A DNA stretch of 64,000 bases from Eledone cirrhosa (GCA_964016885.1 OZ024748.1:16554001-16618000); one strand, 5' to 3'; positions 41,573 to 55,759 are shown, numbered from the stretch's first letter. Program-made: numbers and translations. The notes: a model not told the origin generated them from the sequence alone.

Positions 41573-41684
41573 TGCGTGAACTGTTATATGATTGAACAAC
41601 CACGTACCATGCGAGAACGGTTATATGATTGAACAACCACGTACCATGCGTGAACGGTTATATGATTGAACAACCACGTACCAT
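41573..41684. repeat. 36-bp tandem x3 within a degenerate inverted repeat (41330-41757)
   Basis: gttatatgattgaacaaccacgtaccat occurs three times. Confidence 0.8.
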
Positions 41685-41943
41685 CGATTGACATTGAAAT
41701 ATGTATCAGAGTTTTGTTGATAAAGGAATCTTTAACACTTACACCGAACTTCACTTTTTATATATATATATATATACATACATACATATATATACATATG
41801 CACATATATACATACATATACATACATATATATATATACACACATATACATATGCATACATATACATATACATATATATACATATACACATACATATATA
41901 ACATATATATACATATACACATACATGTACATACATATATAAC

Positions 41944-41974
<31 letters not shown>

Positions 41975-42040
41975 TATACATACCTATATACATATATATA
42001 TACATACATATATACATACATGCATACACATACATATCTA

Positions 42041-42416
42041 CATTATTTTACGTCCGCTTTTCCCTGCTTGCAAGGGTGGGACGGGAACTGATTCTGGTTT
42101 GATTTCTACAGCTGGATGCCCTTCCTAACACCAACCTCATTTACAGTGAGTGCTGGGTGCTTTTTTTCCATGGCGCCTACATGTACACTTTACAGTGTGG
42201 GCTGGGTGCATTTTTGCCGTAGCACCTACATGTCCACATTGAAGCGTTGTTCCCTTGAGCAAGACACTTATTTCACATTGATCAGGCTGAGTAAACTGGA
42301 GCAATGTGCAATAAAGTGTCTTGCTCAAGGAAACAACACATCAGCCGGTCTGAAAATTGAACTCACAAGCTTTCAATTGCAAGGCCACTGCTCTAACCAC
42401 TAAGCCATGTGCCTCC
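42041..42416 (-). mobile_element. SINE family A variant with a rearranged middle
   Basis: Head and tail match family A; ccttgagcaagacac segment present in both orientations. Confidence 0.85.
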
Positions 42417-42441
42417 ATATACATACATACACATACATACA

Positions 42442-42475
<34 letters not shown>

Positions 42476-43122
42476 CATACAAAATATATATACATATATA
42501 CTTACATATATATACATACATACATATATATATACATACATATACATACATACATATACATACATACATATATGCATACAAAATATATATACATATATAC
42601 ATACATACATATACATATATATACATATATGCATACAAAATATATATACATATATACATACATACCTATAAGTATATATACATACATATACATATATACA
42701 TGCAAACATATATATACATATATACATATATATTTACATATATACATACATATATTTACATACATATATTTACATATATACATACATACATACATACATA
42801 TATTTACATATATACATACATACACATATATACATACATATATATATACATATACACATACATACATACATATACATACATATATAGATACATACATATA
42901 CATACATATATAGATACATACATATACATACATATATATATATACATACATACATATATATATACATACATACATACATATACATATATACATACATACA
43001 TATATATACATACATACATATATACACATATATACATATATACATACATACATATATATACATACATACATATATATACATACATACATATATATACATA
43101 TATACATACATACATATATACA

Positions 43123-43727
43123 TGGTGGCTGCCAACTCGTTTTCGAGTACGGCCACTACTTTATATCCATGTAGGAGAACCCCTACCGATGCGCTGAACG
43201 AGTGTGACTTTTTAGTCCAGCCAGCGACTTGAAAACTCTGGTACAAACACTACACTTGTGACAATTATTGACACATAGTGCTGGGCCCATGGTAGCATGT
43301 GACGACAAGTGCAGAGAGATCTCCAGATATAAAGCAATGCCTGTGCCGTGAAGCTTTTATAGTGAGCAAAGGCACTGCACAAAGCCAGTCCCACTCTCTT
43401 AACCAAGATGATATTTACCAAAAAGAAGAACAAGTCAACATCATTGGATACCATCAGGGTTGCAGGTGTTATATCAGAGTTTTCCTTCTCCTAGAATTCT
43501 GCCTTGACAAAGGCTAAGGGGTCAGCTCTCCCGGTGATTTTGGATGGCCATTGACTCTTAAGAGCTCCTTTGCCCTTTGACAGGTTTTGTTTTTAGTCCC
43601 GCAGGATGCCCAAAGTCACCCTCCCCACCAAGAAACCCCGGTGGGGCCGCCAGCCCAGCCGCCAACGACCCGACCACGGGACAGGCCGCACCGGGATACA
43701 TGTTACCAGTAGCACCAACTGGTGACC
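43123..43727 (-). mobile_element. Element H copy 1: ~605-bp non-autonomous RTE-derived element, longest 5' end, A-to-G hypermutated segment
   Basis: ~99% identical to 44241-44832 outside 43600-43692; the 3' part encodes a CCHH finger and stop, followed by a short UTR. Confidence 0.85.
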
Positions 43728-43927
43728 ATACATACATATATACATACATACATATATACATACATACATATATACATACATACATATATATATACATACA
43801 TACATACATATATACATACATACATACACACATACACACATACATATATACATACATACATATATACATACATACATATACATATACATACATATATACA
43901 TACATACATATACATATACATACATAT

Positions 43928-43970
<43 letters not shown>

Positions 43971-43976
43971 CATATA

Positions 43977-44043
43977 TGGTGGCTGCCAACTCGTTTTCGA
44001 GTACGGCCACTACTTTATATCCATGTAGGAGAACCCCTACCGA
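43977..44043 (-). mobile_element. Element H 3'-terminal fragment
   Basis: Identical to 43123-43189. Confidence 0.85.
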
Positions 44044-44199
44044 AGATACATACATATACATACATATATATATATACATACATACATATATATATACATA
44101 CATATATACATACATACATATATACATACATATATATACATACATACATATATATACATACATACATACATATACATACATATATACATACATATATAC

Positions 44200-44236
<37 letters not shown>

Positions 44237-44240
44237 CATA

Positions 44241-44832
44241 TGGTGGCTGCCAACTCGTTTTCGAGTACGGCCACTACTTTATATCCATGTAGGAGAACCC
44301 CTACTGATGCGCTGAACGAGTGTGACTTTTTAGTCCAGCCAGCGACTTGAAAGCTCTGGTACAAACACTACACTTGTGACAATTATTGACACATAGTGCT
44401 GGGCCCATGGTACCATGTGACGACAAATGCAGAGAGATCTCCAGATATAAAGCAATGCCTGTGCCGTGAAGCTTTTATAGTGAGCAAAGGCACTGCACAA
44501 AGCCAGTCCCACTCTCTTAACCAAGATGATATTTACCAAAAAGAAGAACAAGTCAACATCATTGGATACCATCAGGGTTGCAGGTGTTATATCAGAGTTT
44601 TCCTTCTCCTAGAATTCTGCCTTGACAAAGGCTAAGGGGTCATCTCTCCCGGTGATTTTGGATGGCCATTGACTCTTAAGAGCTCCTTTGCCTTTTGACA
44701 GGTTTTGTTTTTAGTCCTGCAGGATGTCCAAAGTCACCCTCCTCACCAAGAAACCTTGGTGGGGTTGCCAGTTTAGTCGCCAACGACCCGACCATGGGAC
44801 AGGTTGTACTGGAATACATGTTACCAGTAGCA
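44241..44832 (-). mobile_element. Element H copy 2
   Basis: Offset 1118 bp from copy 1. Confidence 0.85.
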
Positions 44833-45593
44833 AATATATACATATACACATATACATACATATATATACATATATATACATATACACATACATATATATA
44901 CATATATACATACATACATATATACATACTTACATACATATACATATATACATACATACATATATATACACATACATACATACATATATATACATACATA
45001 CATATATATATACATATATACATACATACATATACATACACATACATATATATACATATATATACACATACATACATATATATACACATACATACATATA
45101 TATACACATACATATATATATACATACATATATATATATATACATACATATATATACACATACATATATATACACATATATATACACATATATATATACA
45201 TATATATACACATACATATATATACACATATATATACACATATATATATACACATACATATATTTACACATACATATATATATACATACATATATATACA
45301 CATACATACATATATATATACATACATATATATACACATACATATACATATATATATATATATATATATACATATATATACACATACATATACATATATA
45401 TATACATATATATATACACATACATATATATATACATACAAACATATATATATACATACAAACATATATACATACAAACATATATATACATACATACATA
45501 CATGCATACATACATACATACATACATATATATATACATTCACATATATATATATACATACCTGTGTATATATATATATATATATATACATAC

Positions 45594-45644
<51 letters not shown>

Positions 45645-46058
45645 CGTATATACATATATATATATATATATTGTGTGAGTGTGTTTTTGTTTTTGCATCA
45701 GAATACACATATTCCAGTGCAGAGGCAGAACTAAATTGTTCTAACTTGCAGAAGAGAGAGTGCACTGGGATTAGACATTAATAAATTTATATTATTTATA
45801 TTTGTATTGGATGGGAACATTCAGTGAAATTTAATTAATCTCAGACAGAAATATGAATGTAGTGTCATGTGACAAGATATCTAAGGATTTGTCCACAACA
45901 TCACAACATAAGTGTGTATTCATATAAATATATATATACATATGTGTGTATGTGTGTTTGTTTACATGTATGTAACTATATATATATATATGCACTCACA
46001 CACACATGCACACACAAATATATACATAAGTGTATGTGTTTGTTTGCCTGTATGTAAC

Positions 46059-46091
<33 letters not shown>

Positions 46092-46170
46092 TCACATATA
46101 TACATGCAGTCACACACACACATATAAATATATATATACATATATGTGTGTTTGTTTGCGTGTATGTAAC

Positions 46171-46202
<32 letters not shown>

Positions 46203-46278
46203 CACATATATACATGCATTCACACAGACACATAAATATATATATACATATATGTGTGTTTGTTTGCGTGCATGTAAC

Positions 46279-46309
<31 letters not shown>

Positions 46310-46479
46310 GCACATATATACATGCATTCACACACACACACATAAATATATATATACATATGTGTGTTTGCGTGTATGTAACTATATATATATACACACA
46401 CGCACATATATACATGCACTCACACACACACACATAAATATATATATACATATATATGTGTTTGTTTGCTGCATGTATG

Positions 46480-46513
<34 letters not shown>

Positions 46514-46585
46514 CACATATATACATGCATTCGCACACACACATAAATATATATATACATATATGTGTGTTTGTTTGCGTGCATG

Positions 46586-46632
<47 letters not shown>

Positions 46633-46654
46633 GCACATATATATACATGCACTG

Positions 46655-46705
<51 letters not shown>

Positions 46706-46721
46706 TACATACATCAGCTTT

Positions 46722-46770
<49 letters not shown>

Positions 46771-46792
46771 GCACATATATATACATGCACTG

Positions 46793-46848
<56 letters not shown>

Positions 46849-47163
46849 ATACATCAGCTTTTATAATTTTATATATATACCCTTGCAAGCAGGGAAAAGC
46901 GGACGTAAAATGATGATGATGATGATGATATATATATATGTGTGTGTGTGTCTGGAATCAAATGTATTCTTCACATAAATATTTATAATTTCCAGAACAC
47001 TGGACCATGTCTCATTGGTAGTTATTCCAACAGCCAATTTATTATTTCATATGTACTACACAGAGATACTCATACACACACATATGTATATATATATATA
47101 TATAGATACATACATACCTGTGTGTGTGTGTATGTGTGTATATTGAAGTGTGTATGGATATTG

Positions 47164-47195
<32 letters not shown>

Positions 47196-47247
47196 CAATA
47201 TCCATACGATTGCAAGACCAATGCTCTAACCACTAAGCCATGTGCCT

Positions 47248-47283
<36 letters not shown>

Positions 47284-47407
47284 ACACATGGATGTGTGGA
47301 AAACAGACACATGATTATGTATATAATATATAAGTATATACACAGACATGTACATATACACTTATATATATATATAAGTGTATATATACATATATACATG
47401 CATGTGT

Positions 47408-47485
<78 letters not shown>

Positions 47486-47487
<2 letters not shown>

Positions 47488-47880
47488 AGGCACATGGCTT
47501 AGTGGTTAGAGCATTGGTCTTGCAATCGAAAGGTTGTAAGTTCAATACTCAGACAGGGTGATGTATTGTTTCCTTGAGCAAGACACTTTATTTCACATTG
47601 CTCCAGTTTACTCAGCTGTAGAAATGAGATGATAGGGACTGGGGTCCATATCATTCCACTGCAAAGTGGTCGTGGAGGTGCCACGGCAAAAAAAACAACC
47701 TAGCACTCACTGTAAATGAGGTTGGTGTTAGGAAGGGCATCCAGCTGTAGAAATCAAGCCAGAATCAGTTCCCGTATGAGAAAAACATGGTCAGCCAGCC
47801 GGAAACTGCCTACAACAGGACAACCCGTCTGACCCATGCTAGCGTGGAAGAACGGACGTAAAACGGTGATTATGATGATG
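47486..47880 (+). mobile_element. SINE family A fused at ~47775 to a LINE-type 3' end
   Basis: Matches family A to cagttcccgt, then ggacaacccgtctgacccatgctagcgtggaagaacggacg. Confidence 0.85.
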
Positions 47881-48164
47881 ATATATATATATATAAATAC
47901 ATACATACACTCACATATAGCCCCATTCATCTGCATACACCCACATATATATAACTATATATAGTTATATATATATATATATATATATATGTCACATTTA
48001 ATCGAATGTATTAATATCTGATCAAGTGAACTTTATTTCCAATATTGCTGTTTATAGTTGAGCAACCAATGGAAGAGGAGACAGGGGAAAAAGAATCTAT
48101 TATGTTACCAATGAAAAAAAGGTTTCCTATTACTTACTAACATATAATGTTTTGTGATGGCTGA

Positions 48165-48916
48165 CACATATTTATATATATATATATATATATGTTTATA
48201 TATATATATATGTTTATATATATATATATATGTTTATATATATATATGTTTATATATATATATATATATGTTTATATATATATATATATATATATATGTT
48301 TATATATATATATATGTTTATATATATATATATATATATATATGTTTATATATATATATATATGTTTATATATATGTTTATATATATATATATATATGTT
48401 TATATATATATATGTTTATATATATGTTTATATGTCTATATGTTTATATATATATGTTTATATGTATATATGTTTATATATATATATGTTTATATGTATA
48501 TGTATATATATATGTTTATATATATATGTATATATATATATGTTTATATATATATGTTTATATGTATATGTATATATATATGTTTATATATATATGTTTA
48601 TATATATATATATATATATATATATGTTTATATATATATGTTTATATATATATATATAAACATATATATAAACATATATATATATATATGTGTATATATA
48701 TATATGTGTATATATATGTATATATATATATATGTTTAGATATATATGTATATATATATATATATATATGTTTAGATATATATGTATATATATATATATG
48801 TTTAGATATATATGTATATATATATATATATGTTTAGATATATATGTTTAGATATATATGTATATATATATATATATGTTTAGATATATATGTATATATA
48901 TATATGTTTAGATATC

Positions 48917-48951
<35 letters not shown>

Positions 48952-49028
48952 CTCTCTCTCTCTATATATATATATATATTTCTATATATATATATGTTTA
49001 TATATGTTTATATATATATATATATATA
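48165..49028. repeat. (TA)n with gttt/gtttag punctuation
   Basis: Continuous run. Confidence 0.95.
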
Positions 49029-49463
49029 TACAATATTAAATAAATGGAAATTATATTTATAAAACCATATTTATTTCATTATATATATTTCAGGGATATC
49101 ATATTAACAATATGTTATGCCTTCTTCAGACAAAATACAATATAGACAGTTTTATAGATAAATAGATTTGACATACCGTTCAACATCGACTTGTATTTGA
49201 AAAAGTTGATTTGGCAGTCGATGTTGAACGGTATGTCAAATCTATTTATCTATAAAACTGTCTATATTGTATTTTGTCTGAAGAAGGCATAACATATTGT
49301 TAATATGATATCCCTGAAATATATATAATGAAATAAATATGGTTTTATAAATATAGTTTCCATTTATTTAATATCGTAAATATACTCCAAATACTTGTTG
49401 AGTGCTTTTATATCAGTTATAAATATTTACTAGTTGTAACCCAACAATTTAAATATAACTTTC
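49029..49463. mobile_element. Family E fold-back element with two hammerheads (+ copy at 49270-49335)
   Basis: Arms 49029-49191 / 49216-49378, tail to 49463; TATTTTGT-CTGAAGA-AGG..CCT-GAAA-TATATA-TA-ATGAAATA. Confidence 0.85.
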
Positions 49464-49734
49464 CATATATATATATATATATATGTTTATATATGTTTAT
49501 ATATATATGTATATATATATATGTTTATATATATATATATGTTTATATATATATATATGTTTATATATATATATATATGTTTATATATATATATATATAT
49601 GTTTATATATATATATATATATAAATGTCTATATATATATATATATATATGTTTATATATATATATATATGTTTATATATTTATATATGTTTATATATTT
49701 ATATATGTTTATATATATATATATGTTTATATAT

Positions 49735-49893
49735 ATAGGAACCAGTAAGACCACGACGGCTAATTAGCCGTCGAAACGGCTTGAGCTCAACCGTCGGGGT
49801 CTTACTGGTTCCTATTACCCACTCTACTACCCTAAGTATTGAGTACTTTGGTGCGTTATTGTCCACCTGGTTCCTTACCATATTTCCTTCGTT
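49735..49893. mobile_element. Fold-back element, family D
   Basis: ataggaaccagtaagacc / ggtcttactggttcctat plus tail. Confidence 0.8.
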
Positions 49894-49939
49894 GTTTATA
49901 TATATATATATGTTTACACATATATATATGTTTATATAT

Positions 49940-50245
49940 AGATGAAAAACTCAGAGCTGTATGGGAGCATCCCAAAAGTCAGCTCAAAACTGACACAGAG
50001 GAGACTGAGGTTGGCTGGACATGCTCACCGACATCCAGAGTTGACATTGCACTCAGTGCTCCTTTGGGAGCCCCTACATGGACACACTAGAAGAGGAAGA
50101 CCAAGGTTAACATATGTTGATGCCCTAAGGACAGACACTGGTCTGTTGGAGATGCAGGATATGGCAGCGATAATGAGGGACAGAGACCGCTGGAGAGAAC
50201 TCGTCCATGGATCTCGGGAATTTTACCCGCCTTAGATAGATAGAT
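49940..50245 (+). pseudogene. 3' fragment of RTE-clade LINE ORF2
   Basis: ORF 49942-50235 ELYG..P.VS...RRLRLAGH...LLWEPLHG.TRRGRP..TYVD; same family as 22435. Confidence 0.85.
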
Positions 50246-50349
50246 GTTTACATATATATATATGTTTATATATATGTTTACATATATATATGAATATATA
50301 TATATATGTTTATATATATATGTTTACATATATATATAAATATATATAT

Positions 50350-50386
<37 letters not shown>

Positions 50387-50719
50387 CATTATCAGAGAAA
50401 GCTTATAAGGATACTCCTATATATATATATACACGACCACATTCATATAGACACACACACATACATATAGACAAACACATATATATATATATATATACAT
50501 TTACATACATGTGTATAAATTCATACACACATACATATACATTCATATGGACATATACATATACACAAATGTATGTATATGTACACACACATATATATAT
50601 ATCCATAAATAAATATATATATGTACCTACAAACACACACGCACACACACACGTATATGTATATATAGATATATATATATATATACATACATGTACACAC
50701 ACATATATATACACATACT

Positions 50720-50821
50720 ACATATAGATATATATACATATATATACATATAGATATATATACACATATATATACATATAGATATGTAAACATATATATA
50801 TATATATACATATATATATAC

Positions 50822-50878
<57 letters not shown>

Positions 50879-50879
50879 C

Positions 50880-50928
<49 letters not shown>

Positions 50929-51236
50929 CATATATATACATATATATATATATATACATATATATATACATATATATATATACATATATATATTTATACA
51001 TATACATATATATATACATATATATACATATATATACATATATATATATACATATATATACATATATATATACATATATATACATATATATATACATATA
51101 TATACATATATATATACATATATATACATATATATATATATATACATATATATACATATATATATACATATATATATACATATATATATACATATATATA
51201 TATACATATATATATATACATATATATATATACATA

Positions 51237-51306
<70 letters not shown>

Positions 51307-51541
51307 TATATATATATATACATATATAAATATACATATATATATATATACTTATATATATATATACATATATAAATATACATATATATATATACATATA
51401 TAAATATACATACATATATATATATACATATATACATATATATATATACATATACATATATACATATATATATATACATATACATATATATACATATATA
51501 TATATACACCTATATATACATATATATACATATACATATAC

Positions 51542-51588
<47 letters not shown>

Positions 51589-51603
51589 CATATATATATA
51601 TAC
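50720..51603. repeat. (TA/CA)n microsatellite
   Basis: Continuous run. Confidence 0.95.
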
Positions 51604-51823
51604 GCAATATATAAAATATTTCTGTTTATAAAGAAATACAAAAGAACTCACTCAAGTATGAAATTGATTTTTTTGGTATATTTAACACACTTTCTTTTAA
51701 ATATTTTCTTATAATGAAAAAAACAACAACCAATATTTATGTTGGGAGGGGGTGCTTGTAAATAAATATAGAATAATAAATAAATAGATAAACAAAGACA
51801 TATGAAATGAAATACACACACAC

Positions 51824-51873
<50 letters not shown>

Positions 51874-51982
51874 TAGATAGATATTGATATATAGAATGAA
51901 ATTTACTTTGAATTTTAATATTCCTATTTAAACTTATAAAGCACTATGAATCATATGTAGCTAGAATGGAAAGATGTGTCCA

Positions 51983-52028
<46 letters not shown>

Positions 52029-52308
52029 TGTGTGTGTATATATATATGTGTGTGTGTGTATATATATATATGTACACACATATATACACATACACACAGA
52101 CATATATATACACACACACATATACACACACACACTATATACCCCCCCATCCACACACACATGTATGTGTGTGTGTGTTTATCTACCTATCTATATACCA
52201 ATATCCACATCATTTAACTTCAGTTTTCCCTGCTTACAAAGAAGTTAAATGTGTCAGTTGACATTTACAGTTTTATATGTCTATGTTTATGTCATAGCAG
52301 TGATAAGA

Positions 52309-52722
52309 AACTCTCAAGAGAGCTGGACAGCAGCAGTTCTTCAGAGAAAAACTCAGCCCACCTTTCTCTCGCTTAAGAAAGTATTTCAGCCCTTAATTTC
52401 TTCTAAGGGCTGAACTCTCAAGAGAGTTAGACAGCAGAAGTTCTTCAGAGAAGAACTCACCCCAATTTACTACCACTCATGCAAGTATTTAAGCCCATAA
52501 CTTCTAAGGGCTGAACTCTCCTCAAGAGAGCTGGACAGCAGAAATTTTTCAGAGAAGAATTCTGCCCCAATTTACTCCCACTCAAACAAGTATTTAAGCC
52601 CTTAACCTCTTCTAAGTGCTGAACTTTCAAGAGAGCTGGACAGCAGAAGTTCTTCAGAGAAGAACTCACCCAACCTTATTCCCACTCAAGCAAGTTTTTC
52701 AGCCCTTAACTTCTAAGGGCTT
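52309..52722. repeat. ~104-bp tandem x4, with a hairpin at each unit end
   Basis: aact(c/t)tc..aagagag at 52309, 52413, 52514 and 52622; cagccctta..taagggctg. Confidence 0.85.
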
Positions 52723-53375
52723 CAAAACACTTGCATAACTTAGGAGTTCAACCATAAAAGGGACCAATGAAATGATTACCAGGATTGAAAATAAAATATA
52801 TGTACAGGGCTCGATATGATTGACTCAAGCAACATCCTTATAGCGTGGTGCCCCAGCATGGCAAAGACTGCAATCAAAATAAAAGACTGAAAGAATAGCT
52901 GTAGTAATATGAATGGCCGAGAAGAGATGGAATCCAGTATTTCTTTCAATCTAAAATAATAAAATTTATTAAAATTTCTGGTCTTATGTATGGGACAGAA
53001 AAAAACAAAAGGAGAGAATTGAGAGGGGGGGGGGGGGGCAACAGAAATAACAACAATAATGTAACAAAATAAATAAATATACAAAACATTCACATGGTTG
53101 GCTTACCCAGGGTGGAGTAGGGCTGGGGTGTGAATGCTTGTTACTAAGCAACAATCATTTTTCTAAGACATTTTGTCACTGTACCAAGTTATGATCCTGA
53201 TTTATAAAAAGTTTGCTCTTGTTGTTGGTGGTGGTGGTGGTGGTGATAATAGCAGTGGTGGTGGTGGTGATAGTAGTAGTGGTGGTAGTAATACTTGTGG
53301 TTGTATTGGTTTATTAGGAAATTAATTTGTCTTATGTGAATATTATGAATAATGACTGATGACTGTGTGTGTATA

Positions 53376-53412
<37 letters not shown>

Positions 53413-54114
53413 ATTATGTAGCTACACACACATCTGTATATATATATACATACATATATACACACATTTATATATATATATATATATTCTTTCACATTCA
53501 CAGGCACACAAACATGCAAACCCACAAATATATAATATCCACTCATGCACAAACAGAAACACACAAACACACATATACACAAACCCTTATGAATCCACCC
53601 CACCCACCCCCCAAAAATATGTATAAATAAATAAATGTTACAAAAAAACCCACCACTTCTGCTAGGCTTCCTATTTTACTTATTTTAATAACTTTTTTTT
53701 CCCCCTCCGAATGTTTATATTTTATTTTATTGAAATTATCACAAATAAATTTCACAAAATTTCACATATATTTTGAAATACAACTTATATCGTTGACTGA
53801 TCTATGTTAGTAATGGGTTTTTTGGGGGAGGGGGGGCGGGGTTATTATTGAGACAAATTATTAAACAGATAATGTAGAAATTTGATTTTGGTTTTTTATT
53901 CCAGTTTACAACATGTTCGTCTTCCACAATCATATGACTGTTGTTTTAGTGTTCGTTGTTCGTTGGTTATGCTTTGTTTTTGTTTTTTCTTGTTTGTATT
54001 TTGTTTGTATTTTGTATTTTGTTATTTTGGTAATAAAGGATAGCTTTTGTAGAAATAGACAAAGTGTAACGTTTCCATAGCAATATCATAAAAAAAGTAT
54101 GCCATAATGGGAAA

Positions 54115-54245
54115 AGTGCATGGCTTAGTGGTTAAAGTGTTGAGTTCACAATTGTAAGTTGTGAGTTTGATACCCAGACTGAATAATGTGTTGTGTGCTT
54201 CAGCAAGACACTTTATTTTATGTTGCTCCTCTCAATTCAGCTATG
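54115..54245 (+). mobile_element. Diverged tRNA-SINE head
   Basis: TGGCTTAGTGG...gtgagtttgatacc...cagcaagacacttta. Confidence 0.65.
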
Positions 54246-54283
54246 ATGTCATTTATCTATGGATCCCCTCTGTGTGTATGTAT

Positions 54284-54827
54284 GTCGGGTCGTTGGCGAC
54301 TAAACTGGCAACCCCACCAAGGTTTCTTGGTGAGGAGGGTGACTTTGGACATCCTGCAGGACTAAAAACAAAACCTGTCAAAGGGCAAAGGAGCTCTTAA
54401 GAGTCAATGGCCATCCAAAATCACTGGGAGAGATGACCCCTTAGCCTTTGTCAAGGCAGAATTCTAAGAGAAGGAAAACTCTGATATAACACCTGCAACC
54501 CTGATGGTATCCAATGATGTTGACTTGTTCTTCTTTTTGGTAAATATCATCTTGATTAAGAGAGTGGGACTGGCTTTGTGCAGTGCCTTTGCTCACTATA
54601 AAAGCTTCACGGCACAGGCATTGCTTTATATCTGGAGATCTCTCTGCACTTGTCACATGGTACCATGGGCCCAGTACTGTGTCAATAATTGTCACAAGTG
54701 TAGTGTTTGTACCAGAGTTTTCAAGTCACTGGCTGGACTAAAAAGTCACACTCGTTCAGCGCATCGGTAGGGGTTCTCCTACATGGATATAAAGTAGTGG
54801 CCGTACTCGAAAACGAGTTGGCAGCCA

Positions 54828-54830
<3 letters not shown>
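54284..54830 (+). mobile_element. Element H copy 3 (5'-truncated)
   Basis: Reverse complement of copies 1 and 2; ORF 54504-54770 ends [22 protein letters not shown] (C-x2-C-x12-H-x4-H). Confidence 0.85.
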
Positions 54831-54863
<33 letters not shown>

Positions 54864-54901
54864 TCATAGTTTAACGTCCATCTTCCATGCTAGCATGGAT
54901 T

Positions 54902-54954
<53 letters not shown>

Positions 54955-55030
54955 GTATGCCTGGTGGTCACCGATCTGTCCAGTTCGTTTGTCTACCAGC
55001 ATATTAGGAAAAAATTATACATTTTCTATG

Positions 55031-55108
55031 TATTTTGTCTGAGGAGGACATGTTTTACTTTATGTTATACATAAAACTTTACATCTTCGAAATATATATA
55101 ATAAAATA
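55031..55108 (+). ncRNA. Type I hammerhead motif (family E-like)
   Basis: TATTTTGT-CTGAGGA-GGA..TTC-GAAA-TATATA-TA-ATAAAATA. Confidence 0.65.
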
Positions 55109-55541
55109 AATAGAGATGATATAAAGTATATATCTTTCGTTTAATACTATTATTATTATAATAATACTCCGGATAATTATTATACCGTTGAGTACTTGAC
55201 ATCTGTTATATATAAGATCGAGTTGATTACAAACCAACTAATGCTTTTTTCATTGATTAATATATATACATATCTTTCTTTTCTCTCTCTACCTCAAATT
55301 ATTTAAATTCTTTCATTGACCATTTCGTTGCCATATTTTTCATGAAAACACTGCCTATGATTTTCAAAAGGATTTGAAAATAATGAAAAGATTGAAGGGA
55401 TTTAGTAATATAAACTAACTTTTTAATTATTGAACTGGTGTTTAGAACAATGGTTCATACATAAAATTATGATGGAAGGTTTTTAGATAAATATAAAGAC
55501 TAATACACACACACACACACACATTATATATATATATTTAC

Positions 55542-55687
55542 ATATGAAAAGATTCAGGACCCTGACAGCTGAGCTCCGGTCGGCCGTTTCGACAGCTAGA
55601 TCCAAACTAAGTCATCATAATACTGATTGCTTAGTTCGGATCTAGCTGTCAAAATGGCTGGAGCTCAGCTGTCGGGGTCCTGAATCT

Positions 55688-55695
<8 letters not shown>
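55542..55695. mobile_element. Palindromic element related to family D
   Basis: atgaaaagattcaggaccc.gacagctgagctcc / ggagctcagctgtcggggtcctgaatcttttcat. Confidence 0.7.
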
Positions 55696-55746
<51 letters not shown>

Positions 55747-55759
55747 AACACACACACGA

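Noticed and set aside
44700-44815. APOBEC-type G-to-A hypermutation of copy 2 as the explanation for the copy 1/copy 2 differences
   Set aside because: Copy 3 and the diverged relative at 22200-22320 share copy 2's state, so copy 1 is the derived one
54504-54770. Host C2H2 zinc-finger gene
   Set aside because: Single finger inside a multicopy element; the upstream frame is not conserved between copies; consistent with a LINE ORF2 terminus
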